A stretch of 63,045 nt of DNA, filler included, from Reclinomonas americana ATCC 50394 (lineage: Eukaryota): assembly GCA_048213135.1 (NCBI GenBank). It is 17 parts of 17 records of this genome, joined end to end, with 100 filler letters (N's around TTAATTAATTAA, not from the genome) between each part and the next. Parts side by side here need not be neighbours in the genome. Positions count along the whole stretch, not along the records: positions 5,274 to 10,676 come from AFZH01022508.1; positions 10,777 to 14,928 come from AFZH01022509.1; positions 15,029 to 20,923 come from AFZH01022510.1; positions 21,024 to 27,884 come from AFZH01022511.1; 13 more parts are not named here. One strand, written 5' to 3'. Shown here one piece after another: positions 9,710 through 23,500 of the stretch (positions are counted from its first letter, which is position 1; every line of letters begins with the position of its first letter). The position numbers were made by a program, and so were the translations under genes. The notes beneath the pieces are model-generated. The model had not been told where the DNA came from and did no database searches. It worked only from the letters and a program-made list of their open reading frames with translations.

Positions 9710-12700
9710 ATGCGCTTGCAGGTGCTCGCCACAGAGACACAACGTTGCGTTTGTGTGTGTGTGTGTGTGTGTGGCACTCACTCCCTATATGTGTGTGCTC
9801 CTCTGTGTGTCTGTGCGCGCGCGTGAATGTGAGAGGCAGAGCGTTTGTGTGCGTGGCAGTTGTTTCTTGCTCTCCTGTGCACCCGCTTGTGCCTCCTCGC
9901 TCGTGTCTGTGCATGGAAGTTCGTGTTCCTGCTTGTGTGCGTGTGTGCGCGTGTGTGTCGTTCTCCATTGGCCCTTTGTGATCGGGCGGTTGACTTCATT
10001 CGCGCGCGCACTTGCTCACTCGCTGCCTTCGTTCACAGACCGCGATGTGGTGACATCAGTGGGCTGGTCGGTTGCCGGTGAGCTGCTCACATGTGGCGAC
10101 GACCAAGCGATCTACGTGTGGAGCAAGAATGGAGAGAACGTGCAGGTAATGTGTCCGGTCGCTGGTGACAAGTTGACACACGCACGCATGCACTCACCAA
10201 CGACAACGACGATGATGGGGGTGTGGTTGCTGGTGAGCAGAAAGTGTGCGACTTTGACCGCCATGTGACGGCGCTGGACTGGTATCCGGCAGTGTCGCGC
10301 AAGCAAGGCGGCAATCCAGACGCATTCGCCGTGTCGTGTGCAGACGGTTCGCTTCACCTCTCTCGCTCACACATGCACGAGCCTGACTAAGGGGTGGGAC
10401 TTGTCCGATCCAGGCGCCTTTTGTTTGATGTCGCGCTCGGGGCGTGTGGAAAAAGTGGTGGACGGCGCGCATCGTGGTGCTGTCACGGCGCTCAAGTGGA
10501 ACTACGAAGGCACCGCCCTGGTGACGGCCGGCGAGGACGGCAGCATCAAGGTGTGGTCGCGGAGCGGTGCGCCGCGCTCGACCTTGTCTTCGGCTGGTGA
10601 GTCGTTGTCGTCGACTTGTTCCTTTCCCTCCCCCCCTCTCTCTCTCTCTCTCTACAAGTGCTGACTCGCCCCGTCTNNNNNNNNNNNNNNNNNNNNNNNN
10701 NNNNNNNNNNNNNNNNNNNNTTAATTAATTAANNNNNNNNNNNNNNNNNNNNNNNNNNNNNNNNNNNNNNNNNNNNATCAAGGTGTGGTCGCGGAGCGGT
10801 GCGCCGCGCTCGACCTTGTCTTCGGCTGGTGAGTCGTTGTCGTCGACTTGTTCCTTTCCCTCCCCCCTCCCTCTCTCTCTCTCTCTACAAGTGCTGACTG
10901 CCCCGTCTCTTTCACCATACCAGGTCTCTGTGTGTACAGCATTGCGTGGGCACCCGACAGCGACCACGTGTTGTACACGTCGGGCAAGGACCTGATCATC
11001 AAGCCGCAGCAGCCGTCGTCGAAGCACCTGCAGTGGAAGGCCCATGATGCCACCATTCTGCGCGTCGACTGGAACATTGTGAACAACCGCATTGTCTCTG
11101 CCGGCGAAGACGGTCGCTACAAGGTGATTTTTCGACGCACGCCGCCACACCTCGTCTCCTCGCCTCCCACTCACTCGACTTAACAGGTGTGGGACTCGTA
11201 TGGACGGCCACTGTTTTCCAGCGCACCGTTCGAGTACGCCATCACTTCGGTCAAGTGGTCGCCCGACGGCGAGCTGTTTGCCGTCGGTGCCTTCAACCTC
11301 ATTCGTCTGTGTGACAAGGCCGGGGTTCGTCTTTTCACACACGAGTGTATGTCTCTCTCTTTCCCTCCCTCCGCACCCCTTCGCTCACTCGCCGGCGCTC
11401 CTGCAGTGGTCGTGCTCACGTGAGAGTGTCGAGGCGGGCTCGATATTTGATCTGAGCTGGACTCCCGACTCCACAATGCTGGCGGGCGGCGGCGGCGGTG
11501 GCCAGGTGGTGTTTGCGCAGGTGGTGGATCGACGGCTGGAGTGGAAGAACTATGTGGTCACCCTGCAGGATTCCAACAAACTCTTTGTGCAAGATGTGCT
11601 GAATGAGTTGGTCGAGGACTTGGAGTTCCGCGATCGCATCATTAAGATCTCGTTCGACTTTGGGTACCTGGTGGTGGCCACCAGCACCCAAGTGCTCGTC
11701 TACAGCTCCGACAATTGGCACACGCCGCACATTCTCGACGTGAAGGACTCGGTGACACTGTTGCTGCAAGCAGAGAGGTGTGTGTGCCGACTGTGCATGT
11801 TGTGGTGCTGGCTGGTTGAGAGTGACTGACTTGTTTGTTGTTGCTCGTGCTGCAGAAAATTCCTGATTGTCGACAACATCACCGGCGTGCAGATCTTCTC
11901 GTACGACATGCGACCAGTGTGCAAGGTGGGCTTTTCGGGTCTGCGACCCGACTTCCTCAACGCCCAGTCCATGTCGCTGTCGAACGACGCGGTCGCCATC
12001 ATTGATCGCGCCGAGCCACGCACGGTGCGCATCCTCAGTTCGGTGACAGGCAAACCACTTGGTGGCACCAATGGCGGCACCATCACGCACACCAACGAGG
12101 TGGTGGAGGTGGCGTTGGACTATCACGGCTCGCTCAACAGCCGCAAGGTGGTGTTTATCGATTCAAATCGCGATCTGTACCTGACCAGCGTGGAGGACGT
12201 GCGCGTCATCAAGCTGGCCACCATGGTTGCGTTCCACTCGTTCTCTCTCTATCTCTCTATCTCTCTCTTAAGCACGGCACGTGCAGGTGGATTCGGTGAG
12301 GTGGAACGATCAGACAGACATGCTGGTGGCTCTGGCCGACGGCAAGCTGGTCACGTGGTACTACCCGCAAGTCATCAACATTGACAAGGATTTGCTGTTG
12401 CAGACGCGCTTCGCCAAGGACGCCAGGTGAGCGCTTTTTGTCAAGAGCACATGACTTGCACCCCCAGCAACTCACTCACTCTTTGTCTCGCCCTTTGCGC
12501 GTCGCAGCGAATTTGGCAAGAACGCAACTCTTTTGAGCTTTGTGGGCTCCCGGTGCATGATTCGGCGAGCGGATGGCGCCATGATGGCCGCCGGCGTCTC
12601 ACCGTACCCCTTGATGCTCTACAAGTATGTGGAGCGCAACGAGTGGGAGAACTCGATCCGCTTGTGCCGCTTCGTCAAGGACAACACACTGTGGGCGTGT

Positions 12701-13219
12701 TTGGCCGCCATGGCACTGGAGGCAGTCGACCTGAACACGGCCGAGGTGGCGCTGGCCGCCATTGAGGAGGTCGACAAGTTGCAATTCATTCTCAAGGTCA
12801 AGGACATTCCGTCGGCCGAGGGCCGCAATGCCGAGTTGCTGATGTACCGTCGACGAGTGGACGAGGCCGAGCAGTTGCTCGTGCAGGCCGGCCTCACGTA
12901 CAGGGCCGTCAAGATGCGCATCCGCATGTTCCAGTGGGATCGGTTCGTTTTTATGCTCTTCTCCTCTCTTCTCTGCCTCTCAGTGGCTCACTCGCTTTCG
13001 TTTAAAAGTGCCCTGGACCTCGCTGTCAAGTACCGCGTGCACACCGACACCGTGTTGGCGTACCGACAGCGGCATCTTCTCTCGACACATCGCCACGAAT
13101 CGAATGCTCGCTTCCTGAAGCTGGCCGAGGAGGTGGGCGAGATCAACTGGGAGCAAATCAAGCTCAAGATCAATGCCGACAAGCAAAAGGAGCGGGATCG
13201 AGGGTCACGGGCACACTAA
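9710..13219 (+). CDS. IFT80: Intraflagellar transport protein 80 (WD40), about 11 exons, spans a gap
   Basis: [21 protein letters not shown]...[22 protein letters not shown]...[10 protein letters not shown]...LEFRDRIIK...RLCRFVK...[20 protein letters not shown]. Colinear with IFT80 throughout; all introns GT-AG. Confidence 0.97.
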
Positions 13220-13398
13220 TCGATCCATGTGTCTTCTTCTTCTTGTTGTTGTTGTTGTTCTTGTTGATATGTTTCCGCTGGCCAAACGGTCTCAATGTCT
13301 CTCTTTGTGTGTGTGTTTTGTGTGTATGTGATGGGGGGAAAAATGACACCGACTTATTCACTTCTTTTACGTTCTCTCCGTCGCCGCCATTCGTGATT

Positions 13399-14327
13399 TC
13401 ATTGGGTAGTTGCGGATGCAGCAGCGGCGACCACCGCAGCGGCTAGACTGAGTGGTTGCAGATCGGGTTCCACGTAGCTGGCGCGCGCCTCGGCACTGAA
13501 CAGACGCTCGCGAGTGTAAAAGTGCAGGAACAGTGCGTTGGACAGGAGCACCGGGTACGACTGCAGCACACGGTCGATGCGAATGGCCTGCATCCACATG
13601 TTAAGTTGATCCAAGAAGCAGGGAAGATTGCGAACACACTCACCTGCATCGGCAAGTGATCTCGACGTGCCGTGGCCACCATGGCCTCGTGGACCATCCG
13701 TGCGTAGAACTGCGTAATGGTCTCGTGATAGCCGATCGTCAACCGGTGCTTGTTGAACTCGTTGTAGTGCTGAATGCCGCGGCGAATGCGATCCAGCGAT
13801 CGCTCCTCCACACCATGGTCATGACTGCGGACATACGACTGAGAAAAAACCACAGCAGCGAGAGCGATCGCACCGACGCCCCACCTGCTCTGCTCGCGAA
13901 GCACAATCGAAGCCATTCGCAGATGCGCTCGATGGGTCCACTGCTCAAACGGCAGCGTGCGATTGCTAAACATGGCAAAAAACTCTGCATGCATTGCACG
14001 TGTGTCTCATCAGAGACCGCATGCATGCATTCGTGCATGCATCACTCCTCACTCACCCGAGTCCGTCAACTGCGCGTTCAGTACATCCGCCGGTAGCAAC
14101 GTGTGATGCCACGCCAGCGGCACATCACTCCGCACATGCATCGATGTCGACAAGACCAAGAATGCCGTCACCGCACCCAACACGGCGAATCCCCACAGCG
14201 ACGACTTGATGCTCGGTGCGAGTGCTGCCTCACTGCTCAGTGTCGACGCCGCCTGCTCAGCGATCACCGGCGACGCAGTCGACTTGAGCAACACAACGTC
14301 GTCGTCTGCACTCCGCGTCGTTGTCAT
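13399..14327 (-). CDS. Conserved uncharacterised protein (THxAHLR...YHETIT...VEPDL family) with an N-terminal TM segment
   Basis: Motifs LPFEQWTHRAHLRMA, IRRGIQHYN, GYHETITQFY, HFYTRERLFSAEARASYVEPDLQPL; several GT-AG introns. Confidence 0.75.
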
Positions 14328-14392
14328 GTTTCGCGATTTGAGCGGCGGGAGTGTCCCACGTTTTGCAACTGCTAACAACTTCGTTCCGAGAT

Positions 14393-15389
14393 ATGGCCGA
14401 GGCCGAGGAGGCGCACTACGACGGCAATGCCGACTTGTACGAGCGCATTGTGTCGTTTCTCACGGAGCAAGGTGTCGCGTTCGAGCGCATCGATCATGCA
14501 CCGGCGTTGCGTTGTTCTGCCATCACTCATGATCGCTCATCCTCGTGCACTTGACCAGTGGCGCGCCGCGCAGTCGCACCAGTGAGGAGAGTGCAGCTTT
14601 CCGCGGCGAGTCGCTGAGCGTCGGTGGGTGTTGCTCTGTGCGTCACTGATGTGATTGATGACGATCATGTCGATGCATGCATGCATGCATGCCATGTAGG
14701 TGCCAAGGCGATTCTGATGTGGGTCGGCAAGACGAATGAGCCACTGTTGTTGGTGCTGCCGGCCGACATGAAGGTCGACTCCAAGAAGCTCAAGAAGGAG
14801 CTCAATCTCGGCGGCGACTTGCGCTTCTGGTGGGCGATCTATGGTTGTTCCTTTTGTTGTTGTTGCTGTTGCTCACTGCGTCTGCAGCACGCCAGAGGAG
14901 CTGCTGACACACACTGGGTTGCGTTGTCNNNNNNNNNNNNNNNNNNNNNNNNNNNNNNNNNNNNNNNNNNNNTTAATTAATTAANNNNNNNNNNNNNNNN
15001 NNNNNNNNNNNNNNNNNNNNNNNNNNNNTCGCCGCTGCTGCTGCTGTTGCTGTCGTGAACTTGCACTCTGACTCGTTTCTTCGTAACTGGCAGATGTGTC
15101 AAGGGTTTGCCACGTCGACTGCACTGCTGTCGATCCCTGTCTGCCACTCACGCAGTCTCGCGCAGGGAGTTTGCCTCCGTTTGGCCACCTCATGAGTCTG
15201 CGAATGGTGTGCGATCCGCGGTTAGTGCCCGCAGCTGCGGCTGCTGCAGGGGGAGAGGCGGCATCGTCGGCAGACGAGCGCGATGTGATTGCCTTCAACG
15301 CCGGACTCTTGTCGCGATCCTTGCGATTGCGTGCCACCGACTGGGCACGCGTGGTCGCTGCCGACTGGCTCGAATTCGGGAAAAAGTAA
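14393..15389 (+). CDS. YbaK/ProX aminoacyl-tRNA deacylase superfamily protein (YeaK-like), spans a gap
   Basis: FERIDH...RTSEESAAFRG...GAKAILM...LVLPADMKVDSKKL...GSLPPFG...IAFNAG..SRSL: YbaK-fold motifs including the conserved K and the GxxPPFG loop. Confidence 0.85.
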
Positions 15390-15452
15390 AGACAGTTCAC
15401 TCAAGTCACACACCACACAGTCTGCGCTACGAATTCGTGTGCCCCATCATCA

Positions 15453-18400
15453 TCATCGGAACATCTCCCCGCGCTTGATGCGCCAGTACATGTCCTGTGC
15501 GTTGGACTCCAGCTCGGCCAGCTGTCGTACAGAGGGTCGCAGTGACTCGACCAGCGCAGCCATGCGGTGCGACGCCTCGCTCGACTCGCGCGACTTGCCG
15601 TACACCACTGCGCGGACACACAACACAAAACGTGAGCGTCGCAAGCAACCAACACATGCGCATCGAAAACCGACCTCCACTTCCACTGGGGCCACTGCCA
15701 CCGCCGGCCAAGAAATCGTCCAGAGTGGGGATGGAGGCCTGAATTCGTGTCTCAATGGCCGCCAGCAGCTCCGGTTCGTCGTACCAGATGGCGCAGCCAC
15801 CTTGCGGCACGAGACGCGTGTTGGTGCACCCTCGGCCGCGACTGGCGCACGTGTGGTACCACACTTTCTCCTTCTCGGTGCCGACCAGGGAGACGGCCAT
15901 ACCCATTGCCTCGGCACGACCCACACGACCCACACGATGCACGTAATCCTCCGGTTTGTCGGGGAGCGTCATGTCTGTCGGTCGCCGACGTATTGAGTCT
16001 CACGCACCAGTATGTTGCACGGCAATGCGCATTGCACGCAACTAATGACATACGGCAACTCCTGCACGTCAATACCACGTGCCGCCACGTCGGTACAGAT
16101 CAAAATTCTCACGTCGCTGTCCTTGAACGCCTGTGTGTGTCGTGGCATCATCAGTGACGTGCGCGCTCTCTCATTCTCTCTCTGACACAAGAGGGCGCCG
16201 CAACTGCCAGATTCTGTCGTCTCTCCTGTGCATTGCGATCGCCGTGCAGCACCACACACGAGTAGATGTTCTCCTTGCCCTTTTCGGCCTTGCCCTTGAC
16301 TGCGATGCACGTCCGTGTCAGTCGCACACGCATACATCAATACACACACTTGGTGAATGGGACGCAACACTTGGTGCCACCACCGCGCTTCACCAAATAA
16401 TCCTCCAGGTTGTCGCAGTCGACCTTGGTACGGCAAAAGATCATCACCTGGTCCATGTTGAATCTGTCCAGCAACTCGACAATCTTCTTCATCTTCAGCT
16501 TCTTGATCGCCTCGCTCAACGCCTCCGGTGTCATGAGGCCCGGTCGCACGCCGTCTACAGAGCACGACCGTGTTTTCAGCGGCGGTAGGGAGCAGAGGGT
16601 TGACACAGAAACACATACGCACCAGCAATGTGAATGCGGTCAGTGGGCGCATCGCCCCACTGCGTGTCGCCCTTCGGGTCAATGACCACTTTTGTGTGAT
16701 GTACAGTCTGCTCACGGAGACCACGGTGAGCGAGTTCAGTGGTGGAACAACAACGAAACGCACGTGTCACTCACATCCGGCACCGAGTCCTTGCCCTTCA
16801 GATCGACCCAGATCGGATTGACAGTGATCTTTTCGGCAAACTCAATAATCTCCGGCGAGTGCAGCGTAGCCGAGAAGAGCAGAACCTGTTCACACGTGTG
16901 CCTGTCAGTCGTTTCCTCCCTGCGTGCGACGGCAAAAATGCACTGTCATTGTTCACCTGCAGGCGGCGAGCAACCTTGGGAATGGCCCGATAGAACTTCA
17001 TGATTTCCTCCACGCTCTCGGGGCTGATGAGACGATCGGCCTCGTCCAGGATGAAGAACTGCACGCCCGACAGGTCCAGCTTGCCGCTGTCGAGCAGATC
17101 CACCAGCTTGCCCGGCGATCCAATGAGAATATCGCAGCCTCTGTTTTGCAGTTCCTGCACCCACACATTCGTGAGTAGCAGCAGTCGTGCATGTCATCAC
17201 GAGAAGGTGCGCTGGACGAAACTCGACCCAGTTGCGCGGTTTCCACACCACCAACAGCCAGCGTGTGGCTGATGGACGGGTGCGAGAGGTGAACCTTGAA
17301 TTTCTCAATCTCCTGCGAGACCTGCTCGGCAAGCTCGCGAGTCGGCTCAATAATCAGCACACTCGGCGTGCGCCTGCGTGTGTCACACACACAAACGTCA
17401 CAGAGTGAGGACAGAAGTGGACAGGGAATGACGAGGCGATCACTCAAAACGCACACGCCGCCCTTCTGCGAGCCACCGGCGGCTTCCACGGCCAGATTCG
17501 TGTGCGACTTTTGCGCCTGGTTGATGAAACGGTAGCCGCGCGGCACGGGGAAGTCGCTGCGCGCAGCTCCAAAGTTGAAGTACACCTCCGAGTTCTGCAA
17601 GTCGCGTTGAGTGACACACACATAGACAGCCTCACAAGCAAACCCCACCTTCAACGTGCAGGCCGGGTAGAACACGGCATTCCTCAGTCCCTCTGGAATC
17701 TCGAATGCCACACCCAAGTCCTTGCCTGCAGATGCAATATGAGGAAGAAGAGGAGAGCAGTACAGCAGAGTGGCATGCCAAGCAGTGCACACCGTTCTTG
17801 GTGAACGAGATGGTGAACTCGTCGTGCAAGTCGATGCACACGCCGAGCACATCTCCCATGCCAAACTTCTCTCCATAGTCCTCGAACTGACCGCCGTGAG
17901 ACTTTTTGCCGGTGCCGCCAAAGCCAAAGCTCTGCAACGATGGGTGGTCAAACAATGAACCTGCAACTTCCTGCACACAAAATCACATGTGTACAGCAAA
18001 CCTGTCGGTCGGTGCCAATAGTAAAGCCGGCCGCCGATGTGGCCCAGCCGACACGCGAGAGACCCTCATCGGAGAAGCGAGCCTCGTAAAAGTACTTGCC
18101 TGCACGACAAACAACAATCAGTCTCCTCACCTCCAATCATCACCAATCTCGTTGTGGCACTGAGGACCTCGCATCACTCCAATGATGGCTCGACCGCCAC
18201 CCCACGAGCGCTCCGCTCGCGCCTGGCACCGGATGCCGTCGGTGACAAAGTCTCGATCGTGATCGCTCTGGCTCATCTCATCCGGAATATCGACTGCGAT
18301 GTGTGTAAGCAGCCCTGCTTCCGTGGCAAGGACGACGCACGCTACACCACGCAACTCGGTCCGCTGTCACTGGCACTGGCCACAGCACGTCGTGACGCCG

Positions 18401-18893
18401 TCAGCGTCTCGTGCACAATCTGAATGGCTGGCAAACAGAACGCCTGACAACACGCAGCGCAGTCAGTCAGCCATCGAGAAAGGGAGAGACCGCAAATAGA
18501 TCGCCTCTCCGACGAAACTCCAGTCTTGCCACTGCCAGTCTCAGCCGCCTATTGATGCACGATCAGCGAACACAACAGCAGCAAGTGGAGAGAGTAGGAG
18601 AGAGCGGAGAGAGAGAACGAAACAGCAAGAACGTCGCCACCTCCGAGAATGAGAGGGATCGCCTCCTGCTGCACATCGGTCGGCAACACCTGTGGCAGCG
18701 CGCAGTGAGACGCACTGTGGAAGCTTCGTCAACGGAAAGCGACCACGCACCCATCCTGTCATTCGTTTTTACACAGACAGACAAGTAAGCGACTTGCATT
18801 CCGATGTGCATTCACCTACACAAAGCACGTACCCATTTCCTCAATGGCCTGAATCAACTCGGGCATGACACCCAGCTCCTCGAACGCCGACAT
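15453..18893 (-). CDS. DDX1: DEAD-box RNA helicase DDX1 with SPRY insert, many exons
   Basis: [58 protein letters not shown] ([10 protein letters not shown]), [46 protein letters not shown]. Confidence 0.97.
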
Positions 18894-19004
18894 TCTCTCT
18901 GTAAACGCGCACACATACGAAGGCGCGTGAGAGTGAGGGAAGAGCGCCGACATTTCCCTCTCTCTCTCTCACGCACGCGGCACCGTCCTTGCCACAACAC
19001 ACAC

Positions 19005-20481
19005 ATGCGATCGAGCGATAACAGAGCAGTAGCACAAGACTCGACACGAACCTTGCACAACCCGACAACACAAGCACAAACACACACACGCGCGCAGGAC
19101 TTTAATGTCCCCTTTCCAATCAGATGCTGCGCCTGGAGACCGAGTATGTGCTCTCCGACTTTCACTTTTCGCACTGGGATGCACACACAGTGTTGGGCCT
19201 GAGCGCCGATCAACAAGACGCCGAGTTGTGAGTCTCGTGCACGCACTTGTTTGTGTCACATGCAGTTCTCATGCGCATGCATATGCGTAGCTTTGGCCAG
19301 CTGAATGTGTGGGATCTCACGGAGAAAGGAACGCTGGAGGAGCGCGCCTCGGTGCCACTGCGCACGGGCGGCATTCGCATGAGCGAGAGCTCGGCGTACA
19401 ATGCATTTCTGTTCACTTGTCACACGGATCCGGTGTTGCGACTGTGGAGCACGGCGAACCTGGAGAAGGGCCCATTGCGGCGTTTCACGTTCCATTCGAT
19501 GGCTGTGGAAGATGTGCGGTGCAGTCCGCATCATGCCGATCAGTTCGCAAGTGTGTCAAAGGACTCCACGCTGGCGCTGTGGGATGTGTCGGCGAGCCAG
19601 CCGGTGTTTGCGCACTCGCACGAGAGCAGCCAGCCGCTCCTCGATGTGCACTATCATCCACAGAATCGCAAGCTGCTGCTGGTGGCTCCCATGGACGCAC
19701 AGATCCAGATGTGGAACACCGACGAGAAGAACATGATCTACGCCGTGACCCCGCCGCAAGAGACGCTCTTTTCGTCGATGAGCATCAAGTTGCGCCGTTT
19801 GTCTTGTGGTGCTTCATGGCATGCGCTCACGCATGTGTACTTGATGCAGTCCGTACAACGAGAACCTCATGGCGGTCGGCGACGAGTTTGGGCAGATCAC
19901 GCTGTGGGATCTGCGAACGCTTCGCAAGCCGGTGGACTCGTGGCAGGCGCACAGCTTGTCGGTGTCGGACGTGCACTTTTCGCCACACGACGAGCACCTG
20001 CTGGGATCGAGCAGCACCGACACGTACTGGCATCTGTGGAATGTGTCGCGCAGCGTCGGTGCTGCGCAGGAGACGAAGAGCAGTGGCCAGCGGTTTGTTT
20101 GTCTCCTCGTGTTCATGCACTCTTCTCTGCGTTGCTGATTGTGTGCTGCAGGGAGGCTAGTGAGAGCGCTAGCAGGACGCGTGGTGCCGTGGTGGAGGTG
20201 CAGTACATCGCCCTCGTTGTCCTTCCCTCATCGGTCTCTGAGACTCAACACGCACACCAGGGATCGTCGGTCGAAAATCTCAAGTCGTACCAGCCACACA
20301 ACCTGCCGACCACCTGCTGGGACTGGAATGTGCATATGCTGGTGAGATAGGCTACTCTTGGTTTCTCCTAGTGCCACTGCTCGGTCGATCTTACTTGCGT
20401 TGGCAGGGCTTGGTGGGCACCGCTGGCGCCGACTACAGCATCTACATGTGGAACTTTGTCGATGGTGACCCACAGCCGTAG
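19005..20481 (+). CDS. WD40-repeat protein, possibly a divergent PEX7-like PTS2 receptor; start uncertain
   Basis: WD repeats LRLWSTANLEKGPLRRFTFH, ITLWDLRTLRKPV...AH...VHFSPHDEHLLGSSSTD, WDWN. The layout resembles PEX7, but identity is not established. Confidence 0.75.
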
Positions 20482-20506
20482 GTGATTGATTCCTCCTGCG
20501 GTTTTA

Positions 20507-23500
20507 CTATTTGGTCCACGCGCTGCTGCATTCGGTCTCGACAATGAGTGGCACCTCAAAGTTCACGCCGTCGACAGCGCCCTCCATGAGGCGCTTGATG
20601 ATGGGCGTGACCTCGTCGAGCTCCTCGTCGGGGACCTCGAACACCAGTTCGTCGTGCACCTGCAACAGCATGCGCGTTCGCAATCTCGGTCGCTGCGACT
20701 CGAGCATGGCGTGCACACGGTTCATCGCAATCTTGGTGATGTCGGCCGACGAGCCCTGAATGGGGGTGTTGATGGCGGCGCGCTCGGCAAATGAGCGAAT
20801 GGCTGGGGTTTGCGAATGAATCTGCGGAATGTGGCATCGTCGTCCAAACTGCGTCACGAGTGCGTTAGCACGTGCGTGTAAGGAAGGAGGCATGCCGGTA
20901 CGGAGTACTCACTAGCGTCTCCANNNNNNNNNNNNNNNNNNNNNNNNNNNNNNNNNNNNNNNNNNNNTTAATTAATTAANNNNNNNNNNNNNNNNNNNNN
21001 NNNNNNNNNNNNNNNNNNNNNNNAAGTGTATCGCGCGCGCAGTACAACCTTCGGTACGAGCCGGAATGTTTTGCAAGTTGGGATCGACCGAGCTCAGTCG
21101 CCCTGCGACGACGCAACTCAGTGCATGCACTTCGCGCATCAGCAGCTGACACACTCGCTTACCAGTGTTGGTGAGTGCATTCTGGAACGTCGTATGAATG
21201 CGCCCAGTGGTGGGGTCGATGCGCACAGAGAGGCCCTTGACGTATGTCGAGTGCAGTTTGGAGAGGCGACGGTGTTCCAGCACCAGTGTCGCCAACTTGT
21301 GACCTGCAACGAATAAAGTATGAGTGTTGACAATCACCGCGGCTTTTTGGCAAATGAACGGCACACGAATACCCTTAGCCTTGAGCTTCTCGAGTACCTC
21401 CGAGTCGGTCTGCCACGTGCCACCGGGCAGGCGCTTGGCAAGGCGGTTGTCGACCTTTTCCACCTGCACGTCAAAAATGATTTCACCGAGCTGTTTTGGC
21501 GAGTTGATCTTGAATTCGCGACCGGCCGCGGCGTAGATGCTCTTGGTCACAATGTCCAATCGGGCGTTGAGATCGGCACCCAGCTTGTCCAGTGCATTCG
21601 AGTCCACCAGCACACCGGTCAGCTCCATGCACTTGAGTGTTTCCACCAACGGCAACTCAATGTCGCTGTAGAATCGCGACCGCGTTGCGTCTTCCACCAT
21701 GCGTGTGGCCAGCAGTTGGTACAAACTGCGCGCACAACTCTGTCAGTACACGGCCCGCCTTCACTCTCGAGACAGGCGTGCTCACCGCAAGTTGTAAAAT
21801 GCACGTTCGCACACAAAACGCGTGGCAATGTCCAGCTCCACGTCCGCAAACGGCATCATTTTGCGCCCGCTGCCCACCATCTGTCACACCTTTGTCAGCA
21901 ACAAGGCAATGCCTTGCTCTGTGAACAGACAAACCTCGCCCTCGGGAGTCACGTCGTGCACGTCGAGCAACTTCTCCACCAGCAGCTGGAGATCGTGTCG
22001 GTGCTTGCCGCAGTCCAGACAGTACGACATGACCATGGTATCATCGTAGGGTTGCACTGCAACACAAAGGCACGCATTCTCAATCGCCCAGTCACATAGT
22101 CACGAATATGTGTGCGCAGCCACCAACCATCCACATTGTAATTGTACAGCGCCTCCAGCTGCTCCTTCATGTCGTGCCCGACCTTGTGAATGGTTGGATC
22201 GGTGAGCACGCGTCGCACGGCATTCCACAGGCGAGTGCCCATATCGCCGGCAGTAGAGTCGGCAGAGGCCGGGTAGGCCGACGGTGACAGATGTGGCACG
22301 TAGCACGCATCGCCGCGGATACTGCACAAGGCCACACCAGCTGCGCGAGAAGGTGAGACGATCCGCACAGACAGAGGCGCGCGCACACACACACACACTC
22401 GCACACACACCCAGCGTCTGTTCGTGCTCGTTGGGGTGCGAGACTTGCGCGTGGATGCTAATCACCTGCGTTCGATAGTGGAGTGAGAAGCAGCAGCGAA
22501 ACCACTCACACACAAGTCAACCTTCGCCCCAGAAAACGCAACACCACCCGGAGCTGCATGCTCTGCAACCCACTCCTCAAAGGCCTCGACGGTACGAATC
22601 GACCGGTAGCGTGCGTTGCCAAACACCGCAGGCACCTCGGCCCACATGGGCAGTGCCATTAGTCGCTGGAAGCGACCGTGCACGCTGTCGTCGGGCTCTG
22701 CTTCCAGTCACGAACACGATCAGAAAGAGACTGTCTAAGATGAAGAGATTGTGCGTGTGTGCGCGCACGACGCAACCGCGATGCTCGGAACGAGACAGCA
22801 CGTGGCCCGTGGTCCCATCGAATCCAATCTTGTCGGCGTCGACGGCTGAGGCCGCAGATGCCAACTGCTGCTGTTGCAGCTGTTGTTGTTGTTGCTGCGT
22901 GAGGAACCATTCGAGCTGATATCGACGGCACACTTGCTCCGCCTGCGCAACACTACACAGTGAGTTGTGCTGCACTGTGCAACGAAGCAACGCGGTCGAC
23001 TGGCGATAAGGGACCTGATCGCCGGGTGTCCACGCCGGCCACGCAAACGACTGCAAGTCAGGGAACATGTGCGGATCGATCGCGTACTCGCCAACACAGC
23101 GCGACAGGTGTGCTGCATGGCTGCGAATGCTGCAATCCCACCAAGACAAATCAGTCGACCAGTCAGTCAGCGAGTTCGCGACCACCTGCCTCCGACGCAA
23201 CAGTTCTCGTGTTTTCCGACTTGCAATGTTTTGCCGCCCAGCCAGCACCGCCTCCATCGATGGGAACTGCTGGAGCAACTCAGCGGCGGCTTTTTTCGAC
23301 AGGCCGAGCACTCCGCGGCCATCTGCAACAGCACGTCAGCGCATACCTTCACTAGAAAGCGCGACAGTGACGAACTTGTCGATCCGTCGCCGGTCAGGCA
23401 AAGCATGTCGCGCACCAACGACGGAGGGACCAGCATCTCGGCCTTCACAGCGGCCTCATCTACGCGCATTGAGATGGTGTGAGGGAGACGCGTTCCGCTG

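Noticed and set aside
10545..10910. Apparent duplicated IFT80 exon ([18 protein letters not shown]) on both sides of a gap
   Set aside because: Near-identical contig-end overlap differing only in the CT tract; an assembly artefact is more likely than exon duplication.
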